Source: Lama guanicoe
Taxonomy: Eukaryota
Assembly: GCA_013239625.1 (NCBI GenBank)
Contig: MU056029.1
Location: 992,001-1,056,000 of the forward strand
Length of the DNA: 64,000 bases
Direction: 5' to 3'
Below are positions 63,260 through 64,000 of this stretch, piece by piece. Numbering within the stretch: the stretch's first letter is position 1; the number at the start of each line of letters is the position of its first letter. The notes under the pieces are model-generated. The model saw only the letters and a list, made by a program, of their open reading frames with translations. It was not told the origin of the DNA and searched no databases. The translations under genes were made by a program, and so were the position numbers.

Positions 63260-63686
63260 GTTGACTCTTCCCCTGGAGGAAAAGAAGCAGGAATGAAGAA
63301 TTCAGCAGTTACAGTGACTAGTGCTCTGCCCCCGGACCCCCCTCACAGTCCTGCAGGCAGCCCACGGAAGGACGCGACAACATCTGAAGGAAGAGCCTGC
63401 CACCAGCCTGCACACCATGGAAACCAGCCAGCCTGCACACCGTGGAAAATGACACAGAGCCTAGCCTTCTGCCTCAATGATTAACTGAGATTCTTCCCCC
63501 CCCCATTTTTTTCCCTTTAAAACCTGGCACGACTGACAGAGCCTTCAGAGTTGGTTTTTGGGGACATGAGTCCGCCTTCCCCCCAGACTGCTGGCTATCC
63601 CATTAAAGCAACTTTCCTTTCTCCTGACCCTTGCCTCTCATGGACTGGCCTTTGAAGGTGAACAGCTGAACGTGAAGTTGGTAACT
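63260..63686 (+). mobile_element. Probable ERV1-type solo LTR
   Basis: TATA-like ccctttaaaa, gagttggtttttggggacatgagtcc, ATTAAA at ~63602, a 3' end at ggtaac, and an internal tandem ccagcctgcacacc(a/g)tggaaa x2. Confidence 0.6.
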
Positions 63687-64000
63687 TTATACGGCTGTAT
63701 CAGAGTTGACTTAACTTATAAATAGCATGGTGATGAGTACCCTCACAGACACAAAGACAGGCGTCCACACTACCGACTGCTCTGTGGGATACACAGTGGA
63801 AGTGAATGTACATTTTCCAGTTACGCTTACATGGAGAAACCCGCCCAGCATGGGTACCCATGAAGCTGTCGGGGCCGTTCTGCAAAGCCTGGCCTCACCA
63901 CTCAGGCACCTGCAGTTTGCGTTGGCTTCTTAGACCCCAAATAAAGCCCAATGTTGTTTTCATTTGCAATTTCTGGATTATTAATTATACATAAGTTGTG

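Larger units (their letters stand above)
9523..64000 (-). other. GABRB3: GABRB3 intron 3 (partial; very long intron)
   Basis: Lies upstream of the exon-4 acceptor. No exon-3 sequence (...SIDMVSEVNM) was recognised in 54 kb, consistent with the known very large GABRB3 intron 3. Confidence 0.85.

Overview
This is mammalian genomic DNA, probably from a camelid (inferred from three tRNA-Ala-derived SINEs resembling Vic-1). The only protein-coding sequence I can support is one 221-bp internal exon on the minus strand (9522->9302), encoding [73 protein letters not shown](R). This is exon 4 of the GABA-A receptor beta-3 subunit gene, GABRB3. Everything else is intronic: part of intron 4 at 1-9301 and part of the very long intron 3 at 9523-64000. 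The introns are filled with L1, L2, SINE, solo LTR and DNA-transposon remnants plus microsatellites. I found no prokaryote-style novel system, CRISPR array or new gene. The most interesting unexplained structure is a cluster of three inverted-repeat pairs 1.5-9.3 kb upstream of exon 4: a ~210-bp inverted duplication pasted into a MER74-like LTR, and two tail-to-tail pairs of same-family solo LTRs. These could form long dsRNA in the GABRB3 pre-mRNA. Other observations are a candidate L1 3' transduction, three twin-primed (5'-inverted) L1s and a long direct duplication flanking an L1 fragment. Repeat family names come from recalled consensus sequences, and identities are estimated by eye.
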